A stretch of 64,000 nucleotides of DNA from Muribaculaceae bacterium (GTDB taxonomy: Bacteria > Bacteroidota > Bacteroidia > Bacteroidales > Muribaculaceae), in assembly GCA_009775365.1 (NCBI GenBank), contig VSPM01000001.1:27735-91734 (forward strand), in the 5' to 3' direction. A program made the position numbers and the translations under genes. The notes under the pieces were generated by a model, which was not told the DNA's origin, did no database searches, and saw only the letters and a program-made list of their open reading frames with translations. This document shows positions 48,658 through 58,901 of the stretch, in pieces. Within the stretch, counting starts at the first letter, position 1. Each line of letters opens with the position of its first letter.

Positions 48658-51354
48658 ATGGAAATGAAGCATTTTTACTTATCTATGGCGCTGGCCGGAG
48701 CACTGACTGTTCAGGCAGTTCCTGTTGCTAAGCCTTATTACGGGCAGGTGTCAGAACCGGGTAAAAGCAGTGTGCTGCTTGACCGTGCTGCATGGCGTGC
48801 GCCCATGCGTGTGACAGTTGACGAGCTCTTCGCTTGTCCTGGGAATACGGTGCTCGACGGGCCGTTTAAATCGGAAGAAGTCGGCTATCAGGGGTTCCAG
48901 AGTTCAGACCAGGGTCGACCCGGTATGCCCACAAAGTTCTATCAGGCGTTTCATGGCTGTTATAACAGTGTGAATGCAGTGAGAGTCATTGGCCTTTTCA
49001 ATTATTTCGACGATGAGGAGTATACCTGGTATGGCTGCGACAGTCGAGGAGGAGTTCAAGACGACTATACAATGACAGAACCTGTCACCTTCGAGGTTTC
49101 TTTCTACACCATGGGGGCTGACGGTCTTCCCGGAGAGTGTGTCTACACTAAGAATATCGACATCATCGGGCGTTATCTTGGTGTCACTTATGGTTCAGGC
49201 GACGATTCTTCAGCGTTATACGAGTTTAGCACAGAACTTGGTGAGGAGGTGCGCCTTGAGTCGGGATTTTTGTCGTTCAGCGCAGCGGACCTCGGAAATG
49301 AGCCGTCATGCTGGTTCTCGCTGTTCACAGCCGACACATCAATCGACTATGGCTTTGTGCTTCTTGGCGACTACGGCATGAACTATTCTAATCTTCCGTC
49401 TGTGTTCAGCCTTATGGGCGACGGTGGCCCTGTAGCTCAGAAAGCTTTGAGAATTGACAAGCTGTCAGCTCCATCGTCAAGTGCAACCGGCACACACGAG
49501 AAAGTAACGGTTAAGATAATCAATGTGGGAGCAGAAGAATTGACCGACGTGGTTCTTGATCTTCTTGTTGACGGCAAAGTGGTTGCAACAGAGGCTGTGC
49601 CTGCGTCTATCGCCTCTCAAGGAGCATGCAACTATACATTCCTTAGGAGAGTTGACCTCTCGGGCGATGGCGAACATCTTGTGGAAGTGAGAAACGCAAC
49701 GCCCGGCGATGAGGGTGTGAGCCTTGCGTCTGCTTCTGTGAAAACTTACACATGCTCGGAAGGTGAATGGTGTGGCTCTGGAAGTCAATATGAAAATGAC
49801 GAGATAAAGATTTCTCGCGTAAAGATCGGCACAATCGACAATGAAAGCGGAGCCGGCAGTTACAGCGATTATTATGATGATATTTTCACAGAGATACGTC
49901 GAGGTGAAAAATTGCTTCTTGAAATGGAGCCGATGGAGACGGCCGTTACAGGCGTGTGGGTAGACTGGAATAATGATGGCGTATTCTCCGGCCCCGGCGA
50001 AGAGATTGGCTATATCTATGACAAGCCTCTTGAAGTTTCGATTCCTGATGGCATAAGTGTGGAGGAAGGCATGAAACGCATGCGCATCGTTATGGATGTT
50101 TATGGTGAGCCTACTCCTTGCGGAAGCTATTATTTCGGAGAGACTGAGGATTATGGCCTTATGGTAACACGCAATTCAGGCACACCGTCGCTTGGCCTAA
50201 GCCTTGCCGAAGTCGCAGCCGACATGTCCAAAGGAGAAGAAAAGGAGGTTTCTTTGGATTTGTTCAATAACGGTGACGCTGTTCTCAATGCGAAACTGAG
50301 TGTGAACTATTCGCTTCCCACGGTGTATGAGCCGCGTCAGCTGGCTCCTGTAAAGGATTTTGGCAAGAAGGTTATGAATCGCAAGGTTTCAGCCAAGGTT
50401 TCTGAGCCTGTGGTTGATGCCGATGTCAAGAAGGTGCTTCGCTACGACGGCGGCTTTGAATCGTCGGTAGCTCTCGAGAACTACTCTTCTGCGATATTTG
50501 CACATTATTATCCGTCAGATGTAATGCATGCTCTTGAGGGTATGGCTTTGTCGAGTGTGGATGTCTATATCAATGAAATGCCTGCGAAGGCCAAGATTAA
50601 TGTCTACGGACAGGGAGAAGGCGGCAAGGCCGGAGCCTTGATAGCCGAGCAGCCGTTCGAGGCCGTTGCAGAGAGCTGGAACCATGTGGTGTTTGACACT
50701 CCTGTGTCCATCACCGGAGAAGATCTGTGGTTCGGTGTTCAGTTCGATGACATGGACAGCAAAGGATATTACATAGGAGTGGACGGCATATCAGCCGTGG
50801 CCGGATATGGCGACCTCTGCAATATTGGAGGAGACACATGGTGGTCGATGATGGAACTTGGAATTGACCATAATTTCTGCATCCGTGGCAATGTAACCGG
50901 CGCTGTAACTGCTGCGCTCGACTGGCTCAGCCTTGATATAGATGACATGGCTATAGCAGCCGGCGATAACGGAACTGTCAAAGTTGTGATGAGCACCGAG
51001 AATATTCCTTCCGGCATGTATGAGGCCACGATAGAGATTCGCTCGAATGACGAACTGAAACCTCTTTACAGTGTGCCGGTGTATGTGAGCAACGGCATTA
51101 TGACCGGAGTGGACAATGCTTCGCTGGTTCGCACTCAGGTGAAAGTTGAGAACGGGAACGTGGTGATTGTTTCTGATTTCAATATGCTTGGCGTTGACGC
51201 ATATGATGTGGCAGGTCGCAAGGTTGCGTCAGAGCGCACAATGGGATGCCGTCATGAGATTGGCCTTGACAATTTTGGGGACGGAGTGTATGTGTTGAAC
51301 GCGATTTACACCGATGGCACGCGCGAGACATTCAAGATTGCAGTTGCCCGTTGA
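48658..51354 (+). CDS. large secreted protein with a GEVED-like motif and a T9SS C-terminal sorting domain
   Basis: The start is at MEMKHFYLSMALAGALTVQA (signal peptide). YYFGETEDYGLMV resembles the GEVED motif. The C-terminal GDGVYVLNAIYTDGTRETFKIAV resembles a T9SS tail. Confidence 0.6.
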   Translation: MEMKHFYLSMALAGALTVQAVPVAKPYYGQVSEPGKSSVLLDRAAWRAPMRVTVDELFACPGNTVLDGPFKSEEVGYQGFQSSDQGRPGMPTKFYQAFHGCYNSVNAVRVIGLFNYFDDEEYTWYGCDSRGGVQDDYTMTEPVTFEVSFYTMGADGLPGECVYTKNIDIIGRYLGVTYGSGDDSSALYEFSTELGEEVRLESGFLSFSAADLGNEPSCWFSLFTADTSIDYGFVLLGDYGMNYSNLPSVFSLMGDGGPVAQKALRIDKLSAPSSSATGTHEKVTVKIINVGAEELTDVVLDLLVDGKVVATEAVPASIASQGACNYTFLRRVDLSGDGEHLVEVRNATPGDEGVSLASASVKTYTCSEGEWCGSGSQYENDEIKISRVKIGTIDNESGAGSYSDYYDDIFTEIRRGEKLLLEMEPMETAVTGVWVDWNNDGVFSGPGEEIGYIYDKPLEVSIPDGISVEEGMKRMRIVMDVYGEPTPCGSYYFGETEDYGLMVTRNSGTPSLGLSLAEVAADMSKGEEKEVSLDLFNNGDAVLNAKLSVNYSLPTVYEPRQLAPVKDFGKKVMNRKVSAKVSEPVVDADVKKVLRYDGGFESSVALENYSSAIFAHYYPSDVMHALEGMALSSVDVYINEMPAKAKINVYGQGEGGKAGALIAEQPFEAVAESWNHVVFDTPVSITGEDLWFGVQFDDMDSKGYYIGVDGISAVAGYGDLCNIGGDTWWSMMELGIDHNFCIRGNVTGAVTAALDWLSLDIDDMAIAAGDNGTVKVVMSTENIPSGMYEATIEIRSNDELKPLYSVPVYVSNGIMTGVDNASLVRTQVKVENGNVVIVSDFNMLGVDAYDVAGRKVASERTMGCRHEIGLDNFGDGVYVLNAIYTDGTRETFKIAVAR

Positions 51355-51404
51355 GTTTTATCTCTCGGAATATGTCAATAGCAATATTGTGAAATAATAA
51401 GACT

Positions 51405-51448
51405 GGCGCCGGAACATGTTCAACGTTCCGGCGCCGGTTGTTTTTTTT
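51405..51448. terminator. strong bidirectional rho-independent-type terminator
   Basis: ggcgccggaac (51405-51415) pairs with gttccggcgcc (51425-51435), followed by ggttgtttttttt. It lies between convergent genes. Confidence 0.75.
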
Positions 51449-51472
51449 GTTATCGGAATTAAAGAAAGAGGA

Positions 51473-52192
51473 TTACTCTTCGTCTTCCTTCATGTTGTGG
51501 AACACGTTCTGCACGTCTTCGTCGTCTTCAAATTTTTCGAGAAGTTTCTCGATTGCCTCGCGCTGCTCGGGAGTGACCTCCTTGTAGTCGTTGGGTATGC
51601 GCTCGAATTCAGCCGACACGATTTCGAGCCCGGCCTCTTCGAGATATTTCTGAAGGTTGGCGAACTGGTCGAATGCGCCGTAGATGAGCCATTCTTCGTC
51701 TTCAGCCTCAAGTTCAGCCTCAAAGTCCATGAGCTCGAGCTCGAAGTCTTCGAGAGAAGTGTCGGCGTTGGGCTTCACATGGAACACGCTCTTATGGTCG
51801 AAGAGGAATGAGAGAGACCCCTGGGTGCCGAGAGAGCCGCCGTGCTTGTTGAAGTAAGAACGCACGTTGGCCACGGTGCGCTGGTTGTTGTCGGTGGCAG
51901 TCTCCACCACAATCGCGATTCCGTGAGGGCCGTATCCTTCATACACGATTTCCTTGTAGTCGCCGGCATCCTTGTCGGTGGCTTTCTTTATGGCGCGCTC
52001 CACAGTGTCTTTCGGCATGTTTGCGGCCTTGGCGTTCTGCATGAGCACGCGGAGGCGCGGGTTCATGTCAGGGTCGGGGCCACCGGCCTTTACGGCAATA
52101 GTTATTTCCTTGCCGATGCGGGTGAATGTGCGGCTCATGTTGCCCCAGCGTTTCAGTTTTCTTGCTTTGCGATATTCAAATGCTCTTCCCAT
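51473..52192 (-). CDS. yebC: YebC/PmpR-family DNA-binding transcriptional regulator
   Basis: MGRAFEYRKARK, GGPDPDMNPRL and YEGYGPHGIA are hallmark strings. Confidence 0.9.
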   Translation of the reverse strand: MGRAFEYRKARKLKRWGNMSRTFTRIGKEITIAVKAGGPDPDMNPRLRVLMQNAKAANMPKDTVERAIKKATDKDAGDYKEIVYEGYGPHGIAIVVETATDNNQRTVANVRSYFNKHGGSLGTQGSLSFLFDHKSVFHVKPNADTSLEDFELELMDFEAELEAEDEEWLIYGAFDQFANLQKYLEEAGLEIVSAEFERIPNDYKEVTPEQREAIEKLLEKFEDDEDVQNVFHNMKEDEE

Positions 52193-52224
52193 TGTTAGAA
52201 TTAGCAATTATAGGTTTTATGATG

Positions 52225-54714
52225 TTATCTTAGTTCGGCTCCGAGTTGGCGGAGTGATGTGATAATCTTTTGCATAACGGCGTCAATCTGGCGGTCGTTG
52301 AGGGTCTTCTCGTCGTCTTGCAGGGTGATGGCTATGCCGTAAGATTTCTTGCCTGCGGGGAGGTTCTTCCCTTCGTAGACGTCGAACAGCGACACGCCCT
52401 TGAGAAGTTTACGCTCAGCCTTCTTCACGGTTTCCTCAATCTGCGCGAATGTCACACCGGTGTCAATAAGAAGGGCAAGGTCTCGGCGCACGGGCTGGGT
52501 TTTCGGCAGTGGTGCGTATGTCACCTGATGGTTTGCCACAAGCTTGAAGAGTGTGTTCCAGTCGAGGGCGGCATAAATGACGTCTTGCTCAATGTCGAAG
52601 CGTTTGAGCAGGTCGTGACGGAGAATCCCGAGTTCGCCTATGCGCTTTCCGGAGCGGCTCTTGATGTTGAGGCGAGCGGAGAAAAATTCGTCGGAGTCCT
52701 GACTGTATGTCACTGCTCCCTCAGGGAGACCGAGCACTCTGAAGATGTTGAGCACAATCCCTTTCATGTCGAAAGCGGTGGCCTTTTCAGCTTTTGCATT
52801 CCATGCAGGGAGTGTGAAATCTCCGGTGAGCCACAAGGCAAGCTCCATCGACTCGTGGAACGGGGCAAGCGGTTTTTCCGAAGTGCTCTCCTTGTCGGCG
52901 TCGCGCCGGTAGATGTTGCCGAATTCGAAGAAGCGTAGGTTTTCTGCTTTACGGTTGATGTTGTGGGCTATTGACTCAAGACCGCCGAACAGGAGAGTCT
53001 GTCGCATCACCGAAAGATCGTTGCTAAGAGGGTTCATCACCTTCACGCAACGTGAAAGGGGAAGCTGTTCGGATTTCTCGTAGTAAGATATGGCCGAGAG
53101 CGAATTGTTGAGTATCTCCAGGAACCCTTCGCCTGTGAGGCGGTTGCTTACGAGCTGCTGCAGCGAATAGCTGAGGTCAGTGTCGCCGGCAGGAGAAAGG
53201 TTGGCGTGCATTTCGGTGCCAAACTCTACATTGTTGTAGCCGTATACGCGCAGAATCTCTTCCACAACGTCGCATGGGCGTGTGACGTCTACACGATATG
53301 TCGGTATGCGCAGGCGAAGTGTGTCGGCGTTGTCGGCATCGCGCTCCACATTGATTTCAAGGGCACGCAAGATGGCGATGACCAGCTGGTCGGGGATGCG
53401 CTTGCCTATAAGCGACTCGCAATAATTAAGCGAGAATTCCATCTCGGCCTCTTTTACGGGGGCGGGATATTCGTCGGCCACGTTGCCGCAGATTTCTCCG
53501 CCGGCAAGTTCTTTGATAAGCACTGCGGCCAGTTTTGCGGCGTAGACTGTGATGTTGGGGTCAGCGCCACGCTCGTAGCGGAATGAGGCGTCGGTGTTGA
53601 GGCCGTGGCGGCGTGCGGTGAGGCGCACACGAGTCGGGTTGAAGTATGCGCTTTCGATAAACACGTCTTTAGTGTCGGCGGTCACTCCGGAGTCAAGACC
53701 TCCGAACACGCCTGCGATACACATCGGCTTCTCGGCATCGCAAATCATGAGGTCGCGTTCGTTGAGCGAACGCTCCACGCCGTCAAGGGTAGTGAATTTT
53801 GTGCCTTTGGGACATGTGCGCACCACAATTTTCTCTCCTGTCACTTTGGCGAGGTCGAAACAGTGGAGCGGCTGGCCGATTCCGTTGAGTATGAAGTTTG
53901 TGATGTCTACAATATTGTTGATAGGACGCTGGCCGATGGCGAGAAGGAGGTTGCGAAGCCATTCAGGCGACTCTTTCACCTCGACGTTGCGGATTGTCAC
54001 GCCGGAATATCTCGGGCATCCCTCTTTGTCTTCCACGTTTATTTCCACTGCTCCGTCGGCGCGGTCGGTAGCGAAAGACTCAACAGAGGGCATGCTGATT
54101 TCCGGCATGGCCGATTCCGGGTCTTTCTCTGCGGCATTGCGGGTGAAGAGGGCCTTCAGGTCGCGTGCCACGCCATAGTGGGAGGCTGCGTCAACACGAT
54201 TTGGAGTAAGTTCCACTTCGAGGCAGTAGTCGCTCTCTACATTGAAATATTTTGCTGCGGGTGTTCCGGCCGGGATGTCGGAAGGTAGCACCATGATTCC
54301 GTCATGGCTTTCGCCGATTCCGATTTCATCTTCGGCGCAGATCATGCCGTTTGACTCCACGCCACGGATTTTTGACTTTTTAATCTGGAATTCCTTGTCG
54401 CAGTCGTAGAGGGTTGTGCCGAGAGTGGCCACCACCACTGTCTGTCCTGCCGCCACGTTCGGGGCCCCGCACACGATTGTCTGGGGCTCCCCGTTGCCGA
54501 GGTCGACGGTAGTGATGTGAAGGTGGTCGGAATTGGGGTGAGGTTCACAGGTAAGGACTTTGCCGATCACGAGTCCGCGAAGCCCCCCTTTTATGCTTTC
54601 CACTTCCTCCACATGGTCACATTCAAGACCCAGCGATGTCAGCGCGGCGGTGAGTTCCTTCGGGGAGAGTGAAAAGTCGATATAGCGTTTAAGCCATTTA
54701 TACGAAATATTCAT
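52225..54714 (-). CDS. pheT: phenylalanine--tRNA ligase beta subunit
   Basis: MNISYKWLKRYIDF start, tRNA-binding domain (HPNSDHL, VVCGAPNV), B3/4 and B5 domains, and a C-terminal FDX-ACB region. Confidence 0.95.
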   Translation of the reverse strand: MNISYKWLKRYIDFSLSPKELTAALTSLGLECDHVEEVESIKGGLRGLVIGKVLTCEPHPNSDHLHITTVDLGNGEPQTIVCGAPNVAAGQTVVVATLGTTLYDCDKEFQIKKSKIRGVESNGMICAEDEIGIGESHDGIMVLPSDIPAGTPAAKYFNVESDYCLEVELTPNRVDAASHYGVARDLKALFTRNAAEKDPESAMPEISMPSVESFATDRADGAVEINVEDKEGCPRYSGVTIRNVEVKESPEWLRNLLLAIGQRPINNIVDITNFILNGIGQPLHCFDLAKVTGEKIVVRTCPKGTKFTTLDGVERSLNERDLMICDAEKPMCIAGVFGGLDSGVTADTKDVFIESAYFNPTRVRLTARRHGLNTDASFRYERGADPNITVYAAKLAAVLIKELAGGEICGNVADEYPAPVKEAEMEFSLNYCESLIGKRIPDQLVIAILRALEINVERDADNADTLRLRIPTYRVDVTRPCDVVEEILRVYGYNNVEFGTEMHANLSPAGDTDLSYSLQQLVSNRLTGEGFLEILNNSLSAISYYEKSEQLPLSRCVKVMNPLSNDLSVMRQTLLFGGLESIAHNINRKAENLRFFEFGNIYRRDADKESTSEKPLAPFHESMELALWLTGDFTLPAWNAKAEKATAFDMKGIVLNIFRVLGLPEGAVTYSQDSDEFFSARLNIKSRSGKRIGELGILRHDLLKRFDIEQDVIYAALDWNTLFKLVANHQVTYAPLPKTQPVRRDLALLIDTGVTFAQIEETVKKAERKLLKGVSLFDVYEGKNLPAGKKSYGIAITLQDDEKTLNDRQIDAVMQKIITSLRQLGAELR

Positions 54715-55000
54715 ATAGATATGATTCTGTTTTCCTGATAAGAAAGAGGAGAGTTATGCGTTTTAGAAGCAAATTTTTATGTAATCTCCTACAAAGTTGC
54801 AAAAGTAACAAAAAAGAGCGATATACACAAGTTAAGATTCGCAAGCTAATAAAAATAATGGGGCCGTTTTTGATTTAGGTCAGGGTTGGGGAACTTTATG
54901 CGGAAGGTGTTGGCAGTGGTGATTGTCAGCGAGCCTTCTCCACCTATTATCGACAGTCCATTTTAACAAATCACTTACGACAGAAGCAAAATCCGCCATG

Positions 55001-56077
55001 TCAATTGAATATTTGTGATGATATTGTTTTGATTATATTGATTGTGTCATCCTTGGCGTTAATTAGCTTCGAAAATTTAAACAAGCCATCAACAAAATCC
55101 CGGATTGTTACAACCTTTAAATCAGCAATTCTCATTTTTGCGTAGCTGAGGATAGAAATCAAACAGCAATAATGACCTTCTCTCCCAATCTTCTTCAAGG
55201 CTTGGTATACGGCATCTTCATCAAAGTTAACTTTCTTGCCGTATATGAAAAGGCTTGATGTCAAATTAGCCTGGCGGAATTTTGAAATAGCATGAATAAC
55301 ATCCTGCTCTGAGAAATTCTTGTCCTTTACCTCAATTGCATTTACCAATGTACCCTCAGAGTCAAAGATGTCGATGTCTCCAACTTCTTTTGAAGATGAG
55401 CCGCTCTCATTGACTTTATGGGGAACAACCTTATAGTCTTTACCAAGATATAGGCGTTCCAGTTCAGCAACCACTAATGGACATATCTCACCGTCCATTG
55501 TGTGATTTGTAATTTTATAAATGTAGTCGAGAACCAATTGCGAAAACTCACTTACGTCAATCAGTGCATCACCTATTGAAAATTTTTTAAGGTAGTTTTC
55601 ATGATTCTGCTTCAGCACTGCCATTGCAGATTTAAGATACTTATAGGCTATTTCACTGGTTGTGACGCTTGATAGTACGCGAATAACACTTTCAAGGGTT
55701 TCTCTATCTCGTCCTGCTCTTACTGCATTATCCGTAGATAAAGTGACAAAGCGTGCGGGTTTATTAAGGAATGGCTCATTTGAGTCTCCAAGACTACCTT
55801 GGAGTTTTAGCCGTTCAAATGGAACAATAACCTTATGACACAAAGACCTTGCATCAAATTTGCCTTGCTTACCGTCACCTTTCTGAAGACTTAAGGCATC
55901 TACCGCCTGATTTGTGGCTTTTGCAAGTAATGCATTAACCAAGATATAACGATAAGTTTTGAGGCTGCCGGTAAGGACGGAATATATGGTTTCTCCAATA
56001 TCGTCATTGGCTGGATCAGCCTCTGCTAATGCTCTTTCTAATATCAACCCTGCGGTTCTAAAATCAATTGTTGCCAT
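55001..56077 (-). CDS. type II restriction endonuclease (PD-(D/E)XK fold), specificity unknown
   Basis: It lies 2 nt downstream of a C5-methyltransferase. A candidate catalytic motif is GDIDIFD...NAIEVKDK (D...E-x-K). The region is AT-rich. Confidence 0.65.
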   Translation of the reverse strand: MATIDFRTAGLILERALAEADPANDDIGETIYSVLTGSLKTYRYILVNALLAKATNQAVDALSLQKGDGKQGKFDARSLCHKVIVPFERLKLQGSLGDSNEPFLNKPARFVTLSTDNAVRAGRDRETLESVIRVLSSVTTSEIAYKYLKSAMAVLKQNHENYLKKFSIGDALIDVSEFSQLVLDYIYKITNHTMDGEICPLVVAELERLYLGKDYKVVPHKVNESGSSSKEVGDIDIFDSEGTLVNAIEVKDKNFSEQDVIHAISKFRQANLTSSLFIYGKKVNFDEDAVYQALKKIGREGHYCCLISILSYAKMRIADLKVVTIRDFVDGLFKFSKLINAKDDTINIIKTISSQIFN

Positions 56078-56079
56078 AA

Positions 56080-57183
56080 TTAGAATAGTCCTGAATAAAT
56101 AATTGGAGCATTTCCTTTAATTACGTCAATAACCATAGAGCATACAGCTTTAGAGAGATTGCAAGGCACTGCATTTCCTATTTGGGTATACTGTGCTGAT
56201 TGTGAACCGCAGAATTTATATTCTAAAGGAAATGTTTGGATAACTCGTGCTTCATCGACAGTCATTCGCCGCAAATAGCCGGGTACTATCTCTGTTTTTG
56301 CAATTGACGAGTCTTTTTCAACTCTATCTCGGTAATCCTCAATCCAAGGAGACTTACCATTGTACAAAGCGTTTTCATCAATTATAGGGGTTTTATTGCC
56401 CCCCATTGAAGCAGGTAATGTGGCGCTATAGCCATCCAATTTTAACGGACGACCAAGCCCGTTGAAAAGCATTCCGGCATAAGCAGATTTCCGTAATACG
56501 GGATTCTGTGTAAGAGTTATTCGTGCTTTACAAAGATTTTTATTATTACCTTCGCCGGCCTTATCAAGAACAGCTAAAGCTTCTCTTACACTTTTAGCCT
56601 TTACCTTGTACGGAATAATCATACTATCCAAGTCTGGAGGTGAGGGTGACCCATTATGAAATCCCACAAAGAAAACTCGTTCTCTTGCTTGCGGAACATC
56701 AAAGTCTGAGGCATTTAAAACCATGAAATTCACGGAATATCCCAAGTCTGCAAACTTTGCCAAAAGTGCTGCTCTTACAGATGCCCACTTTTCGAGGGTT
56801 GCAAGCGCCTTTACATTTTCCATGACAAATGCTTTCGGCTTAACTGTTTCTATGACTTTAGCGTAACTCCATATTAGTTTGCTTCGCTCATCGTTGGCAT
56901 CCATTTTGCCTGCCACAGAAAAACCCTGACATGGCGGACCTCCAATAACCAGGTCTATGTTATCGTAGTCCGAAAGAGAAGGAATATATGAGTTTATGTC
57001 ACCTTGATGGATGTGTTCTCCAATATTCAAGGCATAAGACTCACATGCCTCTTTCTTCATGTCATTTGCCCATATAATCTGAGCTCCTGCATAAATAGCG
57101 CCAATATCCAATCCACCTGCACCGGAGAATAGAGAGATGGTTCGAATAGTATTGGAGGCTAATTTGTCTTTTATTTCCTTCAT
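56080..57183 (-). CDS. DNA (cytosine-5)-methyltransferase
   Basis: Motif I LFSGAGGLDIG, motif IV GGPPCQGFS, ENV (FVMENVKAL), QARERVF and a C-terminal GNAVP. The start is at MKEIKDK (57183). Confidence 0.9.
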   Translation of the reverse strand: MKEIKDKLASNTIRTISLFSGAGGLDIGAIYAGAQIIWANDMKKEACESYALNIGEHIHQGDINSYIPSLSDYDNIDLVIGGPPCQGFSVAGKMDANDERSKLIWSYAKVIETVKPKAFVMENVKALATLEKWASVRAALLAKFADLGYSVNFMVLNASDFDVPQARERVFFVGFHNGSPSPPDLDSMIIPYKVKAKSVREALAVLDKAGEGNNKNLCKARITLTQNPVLRKSAYAGMLFNGLGRPLKLDGYSATLPASMGGNKTPIIDENALYNGKSPWIEDYRDRVEKDSSIAKTEIVPGYLRRMTVDEARVIQTFPLEYKFCGSQSAQYTQIGNAVPCNLSKAVCSMVIDVIKGNAPIIYSGLF

Positions 57184-57534
57184 ATATGATAAGAACCACC
57201 AGGTAGGCTGACAGGCGACCAAACCTTTGCGTCTACAAGGAAGTTCCGTTATATCGTGTGATAAGATTTCTCTTACATTATGGGTGGTCTTTGTCAGCGA
57301 AGCGCTTTAGGTAGCAAATTTAGATAAAAATCCTGAGATTTCTACACCGGCAAAATAAAGAAATGATTTTTCTTTAGAGGAAAGTTAGTGAAAATTTAGT
57401 AAATCCAGGCGATTGCGACACAGTTTGTTTGTAGAGTAAAGGTGTAATGTAAACCGAATGTGTGTTAATTTGCTGCGGCCTGAGAGGCGAAATAACACTT
57501 TTTAAGCCGGTCTGTGGTTGACTGAGATAAGTTT

Positions 57535-57560
57535 TGTGCAGGCCCGGCCGGGCCTGCACA
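57535..57560 (-). terminator. GC-rich palindromic hairpin 5 nt after the porin stop
   Basis: tgtgcaggccc ggcc gggcctgcaca. No T-run follows on the minus strand, so its terminator function is uncertain. Confidence 0.4.
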
Positions 57561-57564
57561 AAAT

Positions 57565-58848
57565 TTAGAAACTTACCTGAAGCATGGCCTCAAGGCGATT
57601 GTCATGAGCCTGCATACCTCCGTAGTCAACTCTTCTTCCGTAGATGTATTCCAGTCCTACCTGCACTATGGAGTTGATGTTGTAGAACATATTGCCTAAA
57701 ACATATTGTGCATATTTGTAACCTGATTTCCAAGGCGTCGAAGAGTCAGAATATCGACCGGCATAAGTGCGGACATGACTGTAGGTGGCAGAGCAGAAGA
57801 GTTTGGGAGAAAAACGGTATTGAAGCGATGCGAAACCAGCCCATGCTTTCACAGGGTCAAGCGCCGCCGGGTTGGCAGGATCCGGCATAAGGTCCATTCC
57901 GCATCCGGTGAGGTCTTGGATGTAGCTTGCAATCCCTTTTCCGTAGACAGCCTGATAATATGCAGAGAGGCCGCCTATAATCGGAGTGGTGCCGCTTGCT
58001 TTTATGCCCCACCCGATCTTGTCGATATTTCTACCTGCGGCATCGTTGCGATAATATAGATTCCTTATGATTCCCGAAATCCTTAGCCATCCGGCTCCGC
58101 CGGCCCAATTGCGCTGTATGTAGAATGGAATGTCCGGCACTCGTTGCGACACAGTGGCGGTGCCTGTGGCGTTTGTGAAAGAGTTAGCCGGCATTTCAAA
58201 TCCTATTCCGGCTTTCCATTCATGCTTTTTCCCGAATTCCGGTTCATATCCTATAATGCCGTGAATCACGGCGGTGAAAGCGTTCGGCCCTTCATAATCT
58301 ATTGAGGCCGGCGCGGCCGCCGCGTCTGTAAACAATGAGAAAGTGTAGCCTGCCGTGATACCTCTATATTTAAGATAGGCATGCTGCAGATAGGGGCGAT
58401 ATCCGTCGTTGAGAAAATTCATTGACACATACGCGCCGAGCTGGTCTTTAGTGCCCGGGAGGGCCACCACATTCAGATAGATGTTACTTTGCTGGGCAGA
58501 GACCTGGAACTGCGCTCCGTTGCCCGGCTGCATTGTCATAGGAATCGCGGAGGTGACAAAAAGGCTGGGGCTGCTTATAGGGCTCCCGAAGTCATAATTT
58601 GCCACAGCCTTTATATTGGCGCCAATGCCCATATAAAATTTAGCCTCCTTGCCTAACAGGGTGAAGCGAGGCACATCTTTCATATTGACAATATGAGGCG
58701 CATTTTTATGCAGGGTGACATAATAGTCGGAAGTATCGTTATGCTCCACAATTTTAATGGTCGCATCTCCGGTCTCGTAGATATTCTTGGATTCTCCGTT
58801 TGCCAAAAGCGGGAGAACAAGAAGCGGAAGCAATAATAGATTCTTCAT
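57565..58848 (-). CDS. outer-membrane beta-barrel porin-like protein
   Basis: Signal peptide MKNLLLLPLLVLPLLANG, an alternating amphipathic pattern, and the C-terminal LEAMLQVSF ending in Phe. Confidence 0.65.
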   Translation of the reverse strand: MKNLLLLPLLVLPLLANGESKNIYETGDATIKIVEHNDTSDYYVTLHKNAPHIVNMKDVPRFTLLGKEAKFYMGIGANIKAVANYDFGSPISSPSLFVTSAIPMTMQPGNGAQFQVSAQQSNIYLNVVALPGTKDQLGAYVSMNFLNDGYRPYLQHAYLKYRGITAGYTFSLFTDAAAAPASIDYEGPNAFTAVIHGIIGYEPEFGKKHEWKAGIGFEMPANSFTNATGTATVSQRVPDIPFYIQRNWAGGAGWLRISGIIRNLYYRNDAAGRNIDKIGWGIKASGTTPIIGGLSAYYQAVYGKGIASYIQDLTGCGMDLMPDPANPAALDPVKAWAGFASLQYRFSPKLFCSATYSHVRTYAGRYSDSSTPWKSGYKYAQYVLGNMFYNINSIVQVGLEYIYGRRVDYGGMQAHDNRLEAMLQVSF

Positions 58849-58901
58849 AATATAATTTTATAGAGTTTTTATCCGTAGGAATGAATGCGGGGCGATGCTT
58901 G

